From assembly GCA_016870575.1 (NCBI GenBank), contig VGBH01000003.1, positions 1 to 59,166 on the forward strand: a stretch of 59,166 nucleotides of DNA, read 5' to 3'. This DNA is from Actinomycetota bacterium. GTDB taxonomy: Bacteria > Actinomycetota > Actinomycetes > S36-B12 > UBA5976. This document shows, piece after piece, positions 29,235 through 41,332 of the stretch (the first letter of the stretch is position 1; each line of letters opens with the position of its first letter). A program made the position numbers and the translations under genes. The notes below the pieces were generated by a model that saw only the letters and a program-made list of their open reading frames with translations, ran no database searches and was not told where the DNA came from.

Positions 29235-31162
29235 TATAGCCTCACTATCGCAGCCAACAGCAACATAAGTGCAACTCCAAGCAGCATTGCTAAGGCATAA
29301 TTTCTGGTGTATCCAGTTTGACTTGACCTTACTAAGTTACTTATTCCTAAAGTTAACCTAGAAATAAATTGCACAAATCCTTCAACAACTGAATTATCAA
29401 AAACCTTAGTTGCACTTACCACTTTCTGGCCACCACGCATAAATACTGCTTCATTAATAGCATCACCATACAGATCCTTGCGAGCAGCTTTTGTAAATAT
29501 CGAAACATCATTAGGTGCGGTTGACGCAACTTGACGCCAATAAAGCATAACTGCGATTGCGACTCCAGCTGCAACAGTGATTAGCGTCATTGCAATCAAT
29601 ATTGGGACAGCGATTGGTGGTTCTGGGGTTTGATATCCAGTAACTGGTGCTAACCATTTCTTCAACGAATCATTAAACGTTAATAGAAAACCACTTCCAA
29701 CTGATCCTATAGCCAAAATCACCATCGGCACTGTCATTGTTAAAGGAGATTCGTGTGGATGAGCATCGTCTTCCCAGCGTTTGTTTGAGAAGAAAGTCAT
29801 TAAAACTAATCTTGACATATAAAAAGCTGTTACTCCTGCACCAAGCAAAGTGGCAAACCCAGCAATCAAACTTCTGTCGAAAGCAGCTTCAATAATTAAG
29901 TCTTTAGAGTAAAAACCTGCAAATGGTGGAATACCAAGTATCGCCAAATATCCAACAAAGAAAGTACTAAAAGTTAACAGCATAACTTTTCTTAAAGCAC
30001 CATATTTGCGCATATCTACTTCATCATTCATGGCATGCATAACTGAGCCTGCGCCAAGGAACATTCCAGCCTTAAAGAAACCATGAGTTAATAGATGCAT
30101 AATCGCATAGACATAACCAATTGGACCTAATCCTGCAGCAAGCACCATATAGCCAATCTGGCTCATTGTTGAAGCAGCTAACGCTTTTTTGATGTCATCC
30201 TTAGCTATGCCGATAACTGCACCAGCAAGGAGAGTAACAACACCAACAACTATTACCGCGTTTTGCGCTGCAATAGATAAGTCATAAATTGAGTTTGAAC
30301 GCACAATTAAATAAACTCCAGCAGTGACCATTGTTGCAGCGTGAATTAATGCTGAAACTGGGGTTGGACCTTCCATTGCATCCAAAAGCCAGCTTTGTAA
30401 TGGCACTTGAGCACTTTTGCCTGCTGCACCAATTAACAGGAATAATCCAATCAAGAATAATGCTGTAGCTGACCCCTGTTCGGCTTTATCTGATATTCCA
30501 GCGAATGTAACGGTATGAAATGCCAAAAACATCAACATAATTGCAAGTGACAAGCCAACGTCGCCAACACGATTTACTACAAATGCTTTTTTAGCAGCAG
30601 CGGCGGCCGATGGCTTATGTTGGTAATATCCAATCAGTAAATAAGAAGCTAAACCAACTCCCTCCCAGCCTACGTATAGCAATAGATAATTATCAGCAAG
30701 CACTAAAAGCAGCATCGCTGCTACGAACAAATTCAAATAACCAAAAAACCTGCGCTTACCTAGATCATGATCCATATATCCCAGGGAGTAAATATGGATT
30801 AAAGAACCCACACCCGTAATTAACAAAACAAAACTTATTGAAAGTGGATCTAGTTGTAATCCAAATGGTACTTGAAAACTACCAATATTAATCCATTCAA
30901 ACAATACTAAATTTTGACTGCGCGACTGAGTTGATAGCGCTAGTAACTCAATCCACAAATAAACTGCAAAGCTAAAACTGGCTATTGGCAACCCAACTGC
31001 AAGTAATGGGCCAAAGGAATTGGTCCGATTTCCACCTAGCAATAACACAATGGCACCCATTAGGGGAAGGGCAATTAGTAACCACATTTTGGCAAACACT
31101 CCAGTAGCAACCTCTGAAGATACTACTGAATGAATTGATTCCAGCGCGATTAAATTAAACAC
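29234..31162 (-). CDS. nuoL: NADH-quinone oxidoreductase subunit L
   Basis: WEGVGLASYLLIG, KSAQVPLQSWLLDAMEGPTPVSALIHAATMV and HGFFKA. Confidence 0.97.
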   Translation of the reverse strand: MFNLIALESIHSVVSSEVATGVFAKMWLLIALPLMGAIVLLLGGNRTNSFGPLLAVGLPIASFSFAVYLWIELLALSTQSRSQNLVLFEWINIGSFQVPFGLQLDPLSISFVLLITGVGSLIHIYSLGYMDHDLGKRRFFGYLNLFVAAMLLLVLADNYLLLYVGWEGVGLASYLLIGYYQHKPSAAAAAKKAFVVNRVGDVGLSLAIMLMFLAFHTVTFAGISDKAEQGSATALFLIGLFLLIGAAGKSAQVPLQSWLLDAMEGPTPVSALIHAATMVTAGVYLIVRSNSIYDLSIAAQNAVIVVGVVTLLAGAVIGIAKDDIKKALAASTMSQIGYMVLAAGLGPIGYVYAIMHLLTHGFFKAGMFLGAGSVMHAMNDEVDMRKYGALRKVMLLTFSTFFVGYLAILGIPPFAGFYSKDLIIEAAFDRSLIAGFATLLGAGVTAFYMSRLVLMTFFSNKRWEDDAHPHESPLTMTVPMVILAIGSVGSGFLLTFNDSLKKWLAPVTGYQTPEPPIAVPILIAMTLITVAAGVAIAVMLYWRQVASTAPNDVSIFTKAARKDLYGDAINEAVFMRGGQKVVSATKVFDNSVVEGFVQFISRLTLGISNLVRSSQTGYTRNYALAMLLGVALMLLLAAIVRL

Positions 31163-31174
31163 TCATCTCCCCAG

Positions 31175-31474
31175 TCAGGCTCGCAACAAACTTGCTTCAT
31201 CAATCGAAGCAGTTTTTCGAGTCCGGAATATCGCCATAATGATTGCAAGACCAATTACAACTTCAGCCGCTGCCACCACCATAACGAAAAAAGCTACAAC
31301 CTGACCATCAAAGTTTCCATTTGCTCTGGCGAACGCAACAAAAGCTAGATTGGCTGCATTTAGCATTAACTCAATTGACATAAACATAACGATGGCATTT
31401 CTTCTGACTAATACACCAACTGCGCCGATGGAAAACAAAATGGAAGAGAGTATTACGTAATTAGTTACGTCCAT
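31175..31474 (-). CDS. nuoK: NADH-quinone oxidoreductase subunit K
   Basis: [17 protein letters not shown] and [10 protein letters not shown]; start at ATG 31474. Confidence 0.96.
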   Translation of the reverse strand: MDVTNYVILSSILFSIGAVGVLVRRNAIVMFMSIELMLNAANLAFVAFARANGNFDGQVVAFFVMVVAAAEVVIGLAIIMAIFRTRKTASIDEASLLRA

Positions 31475-32243
31475 CCTCGCCTCTTTCAATAACGACATTA
31501 CCTTCACTTAGGTCAATTACGCGTTGGTTGTCAGACTCAGTGATGTCTCGAATGGATCCTCGGGCTTGCAATGGTGCAGGGACAGAGTTTGCAGCAATTG
31601 AACCATCAGGTAATAAGGCTGGAGTATCAACGGCATTGTGACGAGCATAAACACCCGATGGTGGCAGTGGGCCAGGATGTTTACCCGTTAAGGCATAATC
31701 AACAAAACGTGCTTGTTGTTGCTCGCGTTGACTGAGTTTGGGATTTATTCGCTCGCGATGAGCCAGCACCATTGCTCCAACTGCTGCAGTAACTAATAAG
31801 GCTGCGGTTACTTCTAATGCCAATACATATTTACCAAACATCAGATTTGCAATTGCTTGTACATTTCCGCCAGCAAAGGTCGCATCTAGTGAATTTTCAG
31901 TTGAAATTACCGCACTACCAATGCTGCTAGTAAGCAAGAATCCCAATCCGACTGCAACCACAATTGAAGCAATTCGCTGTCCTTTGAGTGTTTCAGTTAA
32001 TGAATCAGAAGAATCAACTCCAACAATCATCAATACGAACAAAAACAGCATCATCACCGCACCGGTATAAACAATTATTTGTACCATTCCTAAAAATGGT
32101 GCGGACAACTGCAAATATAAAACGGCTAAATTGATCATTGTTAATGCAATAAACAATGCTGAGTGCACAGCGCGCTTAGAAAGTAGCATTCCTAAAGCAC
32201 CAGCAACTGACAAGGTAGCACAAACAGCAAATGCAAAACTCAT
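31461..32243 (-). CDS. nuoJ: NADH-quinone oxidoreductase subunit J
   Basis: AVHSALF and [18 protein letters not shown]. Confidence 0.96.
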   Translation of the reverse strand: MSFAFAVCATLSVAGALGMLLSKRAVHSALFIALTMINLAVLYLQLSAPFLGMVQIIVYTGAVMMLFLFVLMIVGVDSSDSLTETLKGQRIASIVVAVGLGFLLTSSIGSAVISTENSLDATFAGGNVQAIANLMFGKYVLALEVTAALLVTAAVGAMVLAHRERINPKLSQREQQQARFVDYALTGKHPGPLPPSGVYARHNAVDTPALLPDGSIAANSVPAPLQARGSIRDITESDNQRVIDLSEGNVVIERGEDGRN

Positions 32244-32788
32244 GCTTGCTCGCTCTCAGCTATTTGTGCCGGTGTTGCGCCAGTAACTTTTCCTGAGTAA
32301 TAGTTTCTATCTGAAAATCCATCAACCATCTGATGTGGAGGTTGCGCCATCCCTGGTAACAGAGGTGCTAACAAATCCTGTTTTTCATAAATCAATTTTG
32401 CTCGTGAATCATCTGCTAATTCATATTCATTTGTCATGGTTAAGGCTCTAGTCGGACATGCCTCAATGCACAATCCACATAAAATACATCGTAAATAGTT
32501 AATCTGATAAATCTTGCCATATCTCTCGCCGGGAGAGAATCTTGCTTCGTCGGAATTGTCTGCACCTTCAACATAGATTGCATCAGCTGGACAAGCCCAA
32601 GCGCAAAGTTCACAACCTATGCACTTCTCCAAACCATCAGCGTAACGATTCAGTTGGTGACGACCATGAAAACGTGGTTTTGGTGGGTAAATATGTTTTT
32701 CTTCTGGATACTGCTCCGTTATAGGTTTGCGAAACATCATCGAAAAGGTCAACCAAAAACCTCGAACAGCTTGTGGAAGTCTAGCCAT
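32240..32788 (-). CDS. nuoI: NADH-quinone oxidoreductase subunit I
   Basis: Two ferredoxin motifs, [12 protein letters not shown] and [12 protein letters not shown]. Confidence 0.98.
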   Translation of the reverse strand: MARLPQAVRGFWLTFSMMFRKPITEQYPEEKHIYPPKPRFHGRHQLNRYADGLEKCIGCELCAWACPADAIYVEGADNSDEARFSPGERYGKIYQINYLRCILCGLCIEACPTRALTMTNEYELADDSRAKLIYEKQDLLAPLLPGMAQPPHQMVDGFSDRNYYSGKVTGATPAQIAESEQA

Positions 32789-34049
32789 CACTACCTCGCT
32801 TCACTTCTACCTCAGGCCGATTAGCGCTTTTAGTTCTCGCCGCACTCATAGGTGGTACCGGGAAACTTGATTTTAACTTTTCACTATCACCATCGGGTTG
32901 TTTTGGCTTTCGCAATTCCAAAATCAAACTAATAAGCAATAACGCAGCTAACGGAACTGCGAGCACGGTTAATGCTCTCGGATTTGAAATTAAATCCTCA
33001 GAAATTGCAACGCGAGCTGCCGCTACCACAAACACCCAACCTAGCGCGACTGGAATTAAAACTTTCCAGCCAAAATCCATAAATTGGTCATAACGCAATC
33101 GCGGGAGAGTTCCGCGCAGCCAGATGAAAATAAACAAGAATGCAAGCACTTTTCCAAAGAACCAAACGAGCGGTAGCCAACCTTCGTTAGCGCCAGGGAT
33201 CATTGAGAATGGATATGGAGCAAGCCACCCACCTAAGAACAATGTAGTGGCAAGAGCTGAAACAGTAACCATATTTACATATTCAGCTAAGAAAAACAGA
33301 GCAAACTTAAGTGATGAATACTCAGTGTGGAAACCACCAACTAATTCACCTTCTGCCTCCGGAAGATCAAATGGAGCACGATTGGTTTCACCAACCATTG
33401 AAGTGGTGTAAATAATAAATGATGGCAAAAGTAAAACTGCATACCAAATTCGCTCTTGCGCAGTCACAATTTCTGAAGTTGACATCGATCCGGCGTAAAG
33501 AAAAACCGCAACGAAAGATAGTCCCATTGCTATTTCATAAGAAACCATTTGAGCAGATGAGCGCAGTCCACCAAGAAGTGCATAGGTTGAGCCAGAGGCC
33601 CAACCCGCAAGCACAATTCCATAAATACCAATTGAAGTTACGGCTAGTACATAAAGCACAGAAACTGAAAAATCAGTGAGTTGAAGAGGAGTTTGATAGC
33701 CAAAAATAGAAACCATAGGACCAAACGGAATTACTGCCATAGCCATAAATGCAGTAGTAACTGAAATTACTGGAGCAATCAAAAATACAATTTTTGATGC
33801 ATTCTTTGGAACAATGTCTTCTTTTAGTGCAAGCTTTAATCCATCCATCAAACTTTGTAGCAGTCCAAATGGACCTACGCGGTTTGGCCCCAAGCGGAAC
33901 TGCATTCTTGCAACAACTCGACGCTCAGCCCAGATGCTAAACAAAACAAGCAAAACTAAAACAACAAATACTGCAAGCACTTTCAAAACTATTAACCACC
34001 ATGGGTCAAGTCCAAAATCATTTAATGTCGGGTCTTGGCTATAGAACAT
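32781..34049 (-). CDS. nuoH: NADH-quinone oxidoreductase subunit H
   Basis: [24 protein letters not shown] and PRLRYDQ; ATG at 34049 overlaps the end of nuoG. Confidence 0.97.
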   Translation of the reverse strand: MFYSQDPTLNDFGLDPWWLIVLKVLAVFVVLVLLVLFSIWAERRVVARMQFRLGPNRVGPFGLLQSLMDGLKLALKEDIVPKNASKIVFLIAPVISVTTAFMAMAVIPFGPMVSIFGYQTPLQLTDFSVSVLYVLAVTSIGIYGIVLAGWASGSTYALLGGLRSSAQMVSYEIAMGLSFVAVFLYAGSMSTSEIVTAQERIWYAVLLLPSFIIYTTSMVGETNRAPFDLPEAEGELVGGFHTEYSSLKFALFFLAEYVNMVTVSALATTLFLGGWLAPYPFSMIPGANEGWLPLVWFFGKVLAFLFIFIWLRGTLPRLRYDQFMDFGWKVLIPVALGWVFVVAAARVAISEDLISNPRALTVLAVPLAALLLISLILELRKPKQPDGDSEKLKSSFPVPPMSAARTKSANRPEVEVKRGSDG

Positions 34050-36408
34050 ATCTACCGCCATCTTGTAATTGAACGGACTCACCAATGCTCACAGATAAAT
34101 TTTTAAGAGGTGTTGAACCATCACTATTTAATGGCACCCATACAGTTTCATCAGCAACTTCAGAAACTAACAAGGGTAAAACCATCTGGCCTGTGCTGCT
34201 CTTAATAATTACTAGGTTGCCATCAACTAATCCATTTGCTGATGCAGTTGCAGCACTTACTCGTGCAACTGCCTCTCTTGCGGTGGCAGCCAAATGTGGC
34301 TCGCCCTGCTGCAGACTTCCATTATCAATTAGTTGGCGTAAGCCAGCAAGCAAAATTCCAGGAACTTTAATGCTTGCAACAGCAGACATAGTTGAAGTGT
34401 TTGATGAATCCTTCAAACTGGTAAGTGACTTGTGCAATTCAGAAGGCTTAGCTTGATCGGCAAACTTCACGCCTAGTTTTTCTGCAATCAAATGCAACAC
34501 CCGCGCATCTGTAAGGGCAAGAGACTGATGCATCGCTGCAGCAAATGATCTTTCGCGACCTTCCCAATTCACGAACGTTCCAGATCGCTCGGTAATTACT
34601 CCCACTGGCAATACGACATCTGCATGCTCTGTTACTGATGAATAATGTTGCTCTAGTGAAACGACGAATGTTTTTTCCAGGGCAGCAATAAAATCTGAAT
34701 GGTAAGAGACGTCATATACATCTAGACCACCAATAACAAAAGCATCAAGATCTCCAGAAAGTGCAGCTTTAACCATCTCAACTTGATCTAGCCCTGATTG
34801 ACCTGGTAGCTGCGCAACTCCCCACTCTGCTGCAACTTCTGCACGATCGGCAGCATCTTTTACTAGTTTTCCTCCTGGCAGAAGAGTTGGAAGTAAACCC
34901 GCTTCAACTGCGCCACGATCACCAGCACGTCTGGGAACCCAAGCAAACTTCGCTGAAGTGCTTTTGCCCATACTTGCAACCGCACTCAACAAACCACTGC
35001 TGGTCGCAGCTCGCTCACCAACTAAAACAATCACATTTTTACCATTAAGTGACGGTACAAGTTTGTTTAACGCATCTGCTTCTAACCCAGGTTTAGTTAG
35101 GATTATTTCAGCATTTAACTTTTTATAGCCTTCTATTGCAGCAGTATCAATTGCAATTACTTTTAGTTTGCTTTTTCTTACAGCTTTTCTGAGCCGAAGT
35201 TGAACAATAGGAGATTCATTCTCGGGTTCAAATGCAACTAGTAGAACTATTTCAGCATTCTCTAAATCTCGGTAAGTTACATGCATCGAATTTGCTGCAA
35301 CATGATGGGTTAAGAAATCTGCTTCTTCTTTAGATGCATACCGATTTCGAAAATCCACATTGTTAGTGTTTAAGGCAACACGAGCAAATCGTGAATATGC
35401 GTAAACGTCTTCTTGAGGTAAGCGTCCGCCTGTTAACACGCCAGATTGTTTGTCTTTAAGGCCATTTGCAGCAAATTCGATTGCTTCTGGCCACGAAGCG
35501 GTGCGCAACTCGCCATTCTCTCGTATCAGCGGAGTTGTAATGCGGTCTAATGTTGTGTGGGTAAAAGCAAAACGACCTTTGTCGCAGTTCCACTCCTCAT
35601 TTACTTCTGGATCATTGGCTGCTAACCGACGCATAATTTTTCCACGACGAATATCAGTTCTTGTTGAGCAACCTGAGGCACAATGTTCACAAATAGTGTT
35701 GTGTGAGATTAAGTCGAAAGGCCTTGAGCGAAACCGATAAGTCGCACTTGTTAATGCACCAACAGGACAAATTTGGATCGTATTTCCACCAAAATATGAT
35801 TCAAAGGGTCGGTCGTCAGCGGTTCCAACTTGTTGTTGCGCACCGCGCTCCAATAGCTCAAGAGTTGGATCTCCAGCAATTTCATCCGCAAATCGAGTAC
35901 AGCGAGCACAAGAAACACATCGTTCACGATCGAGCAAAATCTCGGAATTAATATTTATTGGTTTTTCAAATAACCTCTTTGTGCCTTCTTCAAATCTGGA
36001 GTATGGCCGTCCATTTGTCATCGCTTGGTTTTGTAGCGGGCACTCTCCACCTTTATCGCAAACTGGACAATCCAAAGGGTGATTTAGTAGCAAGAATTCC
36101 ATTACGCCCTCTTGAGCTTTTGCTGCGACTTCGGAAGATTGCTGAGTTCTAACAACCATTCCTTCAGTTAATGGAATGGCGCAAGAAGGTTGAGGTTTTG
36201 GTATTCCATCAATTTCAACCAAACACATTCGACACGCGGCAACAGGTTCAAGCGATGGATGATCACAAAATCTTGGAATTTGAACTCCAAGTTGTTCAGC
36301 TGCACGGATAATTAAAGTTCCCTTGGGCACTCGAACTTCAACGCCATCAACAGTTGCGGTGATTAGCTCAAGTTGATTGTTTTGACTTGGGTTAGCCGTT
36401 ACAGTCAC
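34039..36408 (-). CDS. nuoG: NADH-quinone oxidoreductase subunit G
   Basis: [35 protein letters not shown] and the N7-type CEHCASGC...C. Confidence 0.98.
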   Translation of the reverse strand: MTVTANPSQNNQLELITATVDGVEVRVPKGTLIIRAAEQLGVQIPRFCDHPSLEPVAACRMCLVEIDGIPKPQPSCAIPLTEGMVVRTQQSSEVAAKAQEGVMEFLLLNHPLDCPVCDKGGECPLQNQAMTNGRPYSRFEEGTKRLFEKPININSEILLDRERCVSCARCTRFADEIAGDPTLELLERGAQQQVGTADDRPFESYFGGNTIQICPVGALTSATYRFRSRPFDLISHNTICEHCASGCSTRTDIRRGKIMRRLAANDPEVNEEWNCDKGRFAFTHTTLDRITTPLIRENGELRTASWPEAIEFAANGLKDKQSGVLTGGRLPQEDVYAYSRFARVALNTNNVDFRNRYASKEEADFLTHHVAANSMHVTYRDLENAEIVLLVAFEPENESPIVQLRLRKAVRKSKLKVIAIDTAAIEGYKKLNAEIILTKPGLEADALNKLVPSLNGKNVIVLVGERAATSSGLLSAVASMGKSTSAKFAWVPRRAGDRGAVEAGLLPTLLPGGKLVKDAADRAEVAAEWGVAQLPGQSGLDQVEMVKAALSGDLDAFVIGGLDVYDVSYHSDFIAALEKTFVVSLEQHYSSVTEHADVVLPVGVITERSGTFVNWEGRERSFAAAMHQSLALTDARVLHLIAEKLGVKFADQAKPSELHKSLTSLKDSSNTSTMSAVASIKVPGILLAGLRQLIDNGSLQQGEPHLAATAREAVARVSAATASANGLVDGNLVIIKSSTGQMVLPLLVSEVADETVWVPLNSDGSTPLKNLSVSIGESVQLQDGGRYVL

Positions 36409-37658
36409 TTAACACCAACTAACTTAGTTTCAAATTCTTCCCGGAAATATTTCAGTGCAGCTGGAACTGGGGTAGCAGCTGCATCTCCAAGAGCGCAGAA
36501 GCTGCGCCCGGAAATTTGTGCCGAAATATCAACTAACAAATCCAGATCCGAAATTTGTCCTTTGCCTTTTTCAAGACGCTTCAAAATATCAACCATGAAG
36601 TAAGTGCCTTCTCGGCATGGCGTGCACTTGCCGCAAGATTCATGTTTGTAAAACTCAATCCAACGAACTACTGCTTGCGTCACACTCCTTGAAGTATCAA
36701 AAACCATTGGAGTGCCAGTGCCTAGCATGGTGCCATGTGCAGCCATATCCTCATAGGTAAGCGGCACATCAAGATGTTCAGGAGTCAGTAGCGGTACTGA
36801 AGATCCGCCAGGTACAAAAAACTTTACTGGTCGTTCACTAACCATACCGCCGGCGTAATCAATCAACTCACGCATTGTGATACCAAGGGGCGCTTCAAAA
36901 ATTCCTGGTCTCTTAACATCGCCAGAAACTGCAAACAATTTGATACCAGGAGATTTTTCAGTGCCAAAAGATTTATACCAAGCGGCACCATTATTGATGA
37001 CTGCTGGTACGGACGCAATTGTTTCAACGTTATTCACCACGGTTGGTGAGGCATAAAGACCCGCTACCGCAGGAAATGGTGGTTTGAGTCGAGGTTGACC
37101 TCTTCGTCCTTCGAGCGAATCAAGCAATGCCGTTTCTTCTCCACAAATATATGCACCTGCTCCGGAATGAACTACTACTTCTAAATCAAATCCAGAACCT
37201 AAAATATTTTTACCTAATAGTTTTGCAGCGTAGGCATCCGCTACTGCTTGACGAACTCTGCGAATTGGATGTGGTGTTTCACCTCGGATATATATAAATG
37301 CCTGATTAGCTCTGATTGCATATGCTGCAATGATTACACCCTCCACAAGTGAATGTGGATTTGCCATCATCAATGGAATATCTTTACAAGCACCTGGTTC
37401 TGATTCATCCGCATTAACAACTAAATAGTGCGGTTTGCCATCTCCTTGTGGAACAAAACCCCACTTCATTCCGGTTGGAAAACCAGCACCGCCTCGGCCG
37501 CGAAGTCCAGACTCTTTTACTTCAGCAATTACTGCATCTGGACCTAGTTCAAAGGATTTCTTAACTGCGCTATACCCACCGTGCCGTTGATAGCCAGCAA
37601 TTGTGTACGAATCTGTTTCATCCCAGTGCGCAGTTAGATTTGGTACGAGTTTTGTCAT
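36405..37658 (-). CDS. nuoF: NADH-quinone oxidoreductase subunit F
   Basis: GLRGRGGAGFPTG, YICGEETAL and ESCGKCTPCREG. Confidence 0.98.
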   Translation of the reverse strand: MTKLVPNLTAHWDETDSYTIAGYQRHGGYSAVKKSFELGPDAVIAEVKESGLRGRGGAGFPTGMKWGFVPQGDGKPHYLVVNADESEPGACKDIPLMMANPHSLVEGVIIAAYAIRANQAFIYIRGETPHPIRRVRQAVADAYAAKLLGKNILGSGFDLEVVVHSGAGAYICGEETALLDSLEGRRGQPRLKPPFPAVAGLYASPTVVNNVETIASVPAVINNGAAWYKSFGTEKSPGIKLFAVSGDVKRPGIFEAPLGITMRELIDYAGGMVSERPVKFFVPGGSSVPLLTPEHLDVPLTYEDMAAHGTMLGTGTPMVFDTSRSVTQAVVRWIEFYKHESCGKCTPCREGTYFMVDILKRLEKGKGQISDLDLLVDISAQISGRSFCALGDAAATPVPAALKYFREEFETKLVGVK

Positions 37659-38281
37659 TAGCTACCTGCCTGCTTAGCAGCTTTTAAGCCTGCCAACATC
37701 GCTTCATCAATGCCTGGTTCATCAACTAATCCATCATCAAAGCCCGCAATTGTTCTGCTTACATCTTTAAATGTTCTAACTTTTGGACCACGTGTTGACT
37801 TTACTTCTTTATTCGATCGTAAATTTGAAATTAGTGTTACTGCTTTTGCTTCATCCATATCATCCATAAATTCCCAATTAACCGTCATCACCGGTGCATG
37901 TGTGCAAGCAGCTTGGCATTCAATTCTTTCCAGTGTGATTTGTCCATCAGCTGAAGTTTCATCGTGGCCGATACCTAACTCGTTTGTAATACGCCGCCAA
38001 ATTGAATCGCCACCTTTTAGCGCACAAAGTGAGTTCACGCAAACACCAACATGATGCTTCCCAACTGGATAACGCTTAAACATCGTATAAAACGACGCGA
38101 CTGCAGAAACTTCTGCCGTAGTAAGCCCAACTTCTTGAGCGCAAACATCTATGCCTTCTTGCGTTACATAACCTTCAACTGATTGAACTAAATGCAGCAT
38201 AGGAAGCAAAGCGGATCTAGGTTCTGGATATCGAGAGATAAGTTCACGTAATTCAGATTTTGTTGTTTCAGTAATCGCCAT
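37658..38281 (-). CDS. nuoE: NADH-quinone oxidoreductase subunit E
   Basis: SALLPMLH, CVNSLC and ECQAAC [2Fe-2S] ligands. Confidence 0.96.
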   Translation of the reverse strand: MAITETTKSELRELISRYPEPRSALLPMLHLVQSVEGYVTQEGIDVCAQEVGLTTAEVSAVASFYTMFKRYPVGKHHVGVCVNSLCALKGGDSIWRRITNELGIGHDETSADGQITLERIECQAACTHAPVMTVNWEFMDDMDEAKAVTLISNLRSNKEVKSTRGPKVRTFKDVSRTIAGFDDGLVDEPGIDEAMLAGLKAAKQAGS

Positions 38282-39618
38282 TAACGATCCACCCCACCCA
38301 TAACTGGATCGATGCTGGCTATTGCCGCGACCAAGTCGGCTACCTGTCCACCTTCACAAATTGCAGGTACCGCTTGCAAGTTGGTGAAGCTTGGATCGCG
38401 AAAGTGAACTCGGTACGGTCTTGTGCCACCATCTGAAACCATATGCACACCAAGTTCACCTCTTGGTGATTCAACGGCTTGATAAACCTGACCTGCTGGA
38501 ACTTCAAATCCCTCAGTTACCAACTTAAAGTGATGAATAAGTGATTCCATTGATGTTCCCATTATTTGCTTAATATGTTCAAGTGAATTACCCATACCAT
38601 CGCCACCAATAGATAACTGTGCTGGCCAAGCAATCTTCTTGTCGCCAACCATTACTGGACCTGGTTCAAGTCGATCTAAACATTGCTCAACAATTTGGAG
38701 TGACTGCTCCATTTCGGCTAATCGAATTAAGAATCGACCATAAGTATCAGCGGTATCTACGGTTGGAATTTTGAAGTCATAAGTTTCATAGCCACAATAT
38801 GGATTTGTTTTACGCAAGTCCCAAGCAAAACCAGTTGATCTAAGCGTTGGTCCAGTTATACCTAAGGCTAAACATCCATCTAAATCAAGCACACCTACAT
38901 CCTTGGTGCGAGCCATCCATACGCTGTTGCCAACCAACAGGTTTTCAGTATCTTTAAATCCAGTACGAATTCGAGGAATTGCTTCGCGAATCTTGGCAAT
39001 CGCATCTGGTGGTAAATCTTGTGCCAATCCACCAGGTCGAATATATGCATGATTCATTCGTAGCCCAGTTACTAATTCATATAGGTCAAGAATGATTTCT
39101 CGCTCCCTAAATGCCAGGAACATTGCAGTTAGTGCACCTAGTTCTAATCCACCTGTGCCAAGTGCAACCAAATGAGAAGAGATTCGATTTAACTCCATCA
39201 GCATTACGCGAATAACCGTTGCACGCTCAGGCACATCGTCTGTTATTCCAAGAAGTTTCTCAACAGCTAAGCAATAAGCTGTTTCACTATAAAAACTTGA
39301 TAAGTAATCCATTCGAGTAACAAATGTGACTCCTTGAGTCCAAGTTCGATACTCAAGATTTTTTTCAATTCCGGTATGAAGGTAGCCAATCGCTGGTCTG
39401 ACTTCAGTAACAGTTTCACCTTCAAGCTCAACAATCAATCTAAGTACGCCATGTGTTGATGGATGTTGAGGTCCCATATTTACAACTACGCGTTCCGCTT
39501 CACCAGCAGGAGCTGCTTTAACTTGATCCCAATCGCCACCCGAGAGCGTGTAAACCCGGCCTTGCGATGTTTCTTGACCGTCACTAGCAGTTTCAAAAAT
39601 CAAGTTATCAGTTGTCAT
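38281..39618 (-). CDS. nuoD: NADH-quinone oxidoreductase subunit D
   Basis: [28 protein letters not shown] and GGVDR. Confidence 0.98.
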   Translation of the reverse strand: MTTDNLIFETASDGQETSQGRVYTLSGGDWDQVKAAPAGEAERVVVNMGPQHPSTHGVLRLIVELEGETVTEVRPAIGYLHTGIEKNLEYRTWTQGVTFVTRMDYLSSFYSETAYCLAVEKLLGITDDVPERATVIRVMLMELNRISSHLVALGTGGLELGALTAMFLAFREREIILDLYELVTGLRMNHAYIRPGGLAQDLPPDAIAKIREAIPRIRTGFKDTENLLVGNSVWMARTKDVGVLDLDGCLALGITGPTLRSTGFAWDLRKTNPYCGYETYDFKIPTVDTADTYGRFLIRLAEMEQSLQIVEQCLDRLEPGPVMVGDKKIAWPAQLSIGGDGMGNSLEHIKQIMGTSMESLIHHFKLVTEGFEVPAGQVYQAVESPRGELGVHMVSDGGTRPYRVHFRDPSFTNLQAVPAICEGGQVADLVAAIASIDPVMGGVDR

Positions 39619-40322
39619 CGCGAGTACATCCGTCGCTGATCAGGAGCTGGAATTGTTGCGCCCTTGTATTCAACAGGTACGCCACCAAGCGGATAATCTT
39701 TACGTTGCGGATGACCCACCCAATCATCTGGCATTTCAATTCGGGTTAAACCAGGGTGCCCATCAAAAATAACTCCAAAAAAGTCATAAGTTTCTCGCTC
39801 ATGCCAATTATTTGTCGGATAAACATCGACCGTTGATGGAATATGTGGATCAACATCTGGCGCAGTTGTTTCAACTCTGATTTGTCGATTGTGAGTCATT
39901 GAACGTATGTGATAAACAGCATGTAACTCTGCATCTGTTTGAGCAGGATAATGCACGCCGCTTACTCCCATACTCATTTCAAACTTTAACCTTGGTTCAT
40001 CTCGCAATATTTGCATTGCAATCTTGATAAACTGTCTGTTTACATTGATTGTTAATTCATTTCGATCTATTACTACTCGTTCAATAACATCAGCTGATTT
40101 AAATTCTTTGGCAGCCAATGCTTGTTCAAATACGGAAACAACATCTTCAAACCATCCTGGCAATGGGCGATTCGCTGCTGGTGGTAAATAGATTCTACGA
40201 ACCAAACCACCAAAACCACTGGTATCTCCGCTACCGCGAACACCAAATGAACCTTCACGAATATCAACAAGCGGCAGCTCTGTAGCCCCTTGCGGAATTA
40301 ACGGATTGTTGGTTTCAGTCAT
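39615..40322 (-). CDS. nuoC: NADH-quinone oxidoreductase subunit C
   Basis: [11 protein letters not shown] and [10 protein letters not shown]. Confidence 0.97.
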   Translation of the reverse strand: MTETNNPLIPQGATELPLVDIREGSFGVRGSGDTSGFGGLVRRIYLPPAANRPLPGWFEDVVSVFEQALAAKEFKSADVIERVVIDRNELTINVNRQFIKIAMQILRDEPRLKFEMSMGVSGVHYPAQTDAELHAVYHIRSMTHNRQIRVETTAPDVDPHIPSTVDVYPTNNWHERETYDFFGVIFDGHPGLTRIEMPDDWVGHPQRKDYPLGGVPVEYKGATIPAPDQRRMYSR

Positions 40323-40873
40323 GCCAACAAACCTTTCATTTCAGCAAGTGGTTTTGTTCCCAGTGCAATTTGTTCCTGATTAACAATTTCATTAACTCGA
40401 TTAACACCTAACTTAGTGTTTTGAATCTGATCATGCAGTTTCAGAATTGCATCAATTAGCATCTCAGGTCGCGGCGGACAGCCAGGCAGATAAATATCCA
40501 CTGGAACAACGTGATCTACACCCTGCAAAATGGCGTAGTTATTAAACATGCCGCCACTTGAAGCACAAACTCCCATTGAAATTACCCATTTTGGGTTTGG
40601 CATTTGATCATAAATCTGGCGCAATACTGGAGCCATTTTTTGACTAACGCGACCAGCAACGATCATCAAATCTGCTTGTCTCGGGGATGCACGGAATGTC
40701 TCCATTCCAAATCGTGCGATGTCATATCTACCCGCACCAATTGCCATCATCTCAATTGCACAACAAGCTAAACCAAATGTTGCGGGCCAAAGTGAATTAC
40801 GACGAACATATCCAACTAATTGCTCAACGCTTGAGAGTAATACCCCAGATGGTAGTTTTTCTTCTACACCCAT
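40319..40873 (-). CDS. nuoB: NADH-quinone oxidoreductase subunit B
   Basis: [21 protein letters not shown] and PGCPPRPE. Confidence 0.98.
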   Translation of the reverse strand: MGVEEKLPSGVLLSSVEQLVGYVRRNSLWPATFGLACCAIEMMAIGAGRYDIARFGMETFRASPRQADLMIVAGRVSQKMAPVLRQIYDQMPNPKWVISMGVCASSGGMFNNYAILQGVDHVVPVDIYLPGCPPRPEMLIDAILKLHDQIQNTKLGVNRVNEIVNQEQIALGTKPLAEMKGLLA

Positions 40874-41233
40874 TTAGTCCCATTCCAATCCGCCACGACG
40901 CCAATCATAAAAATAAGCAAAAGTAACAATTAGTAAGAACAATCCCACTGCGCCTAATCCAAAAACTCCAAGCGCGCCATAGTTAACTGCCCACGGATAC
41001 AGAAACATAATTTCAATATCAAAAATAATAAACATCATTGCGGTTAAGTAATAGCGGATTGGATATTTACCGCCACCCATTGGTTGCGGAGTAGCTTCAA
41101 TTCCACATTCATATGCATCAAGTTTTGCCTTGTTGTATTTCTTAGGTCCAATAAGTGCTGAGGCAATAACGGAGAATGCTCCAAATCCGAAGGCAAGAAG
41201 CCCCAGACCGACAATCGGCCAGGCTAAATCCAC
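40874..41233 (-). CDS. nuoA: NADH-quinone oxidoreductase subunit A
   Basis: AYECG and FIIFDIEIMFLYPWA. Confidence 0.97.
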   Translation of the reverse strand: MDLAWPIVGLGLLAFGFGAFSVIASALIGPKKYNKAKLDAYECGIEATPQPMGGGKYPIRYYLTAMMFIIFDIEIMFLYPWAVNYGALGVFGLGAVGLFLLIVTFAYFYDWRRGGLEWD

Positions 41234-41312
41234 AGGAATCTCCTTCTTGGCATATTTCCGTTGACTCCGCCTAATCCTAAGGGGCGGACCTGTGCTGGGT
41301 CCGTCTCATTAG

Positions 41313-41328
41313 TGTGGCCACAATCACA
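41313..41328. promoter_or_regulatory. Candidate Rex operator upstream of nuoA
   Basis: TGTG-N8-CACA (TGTGATTGTGGCCACA on the minus strand), overlapping a CACACT -10-like hexamer. Confidence 0.4.
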
Positions 41329-41332
41329 CAAA

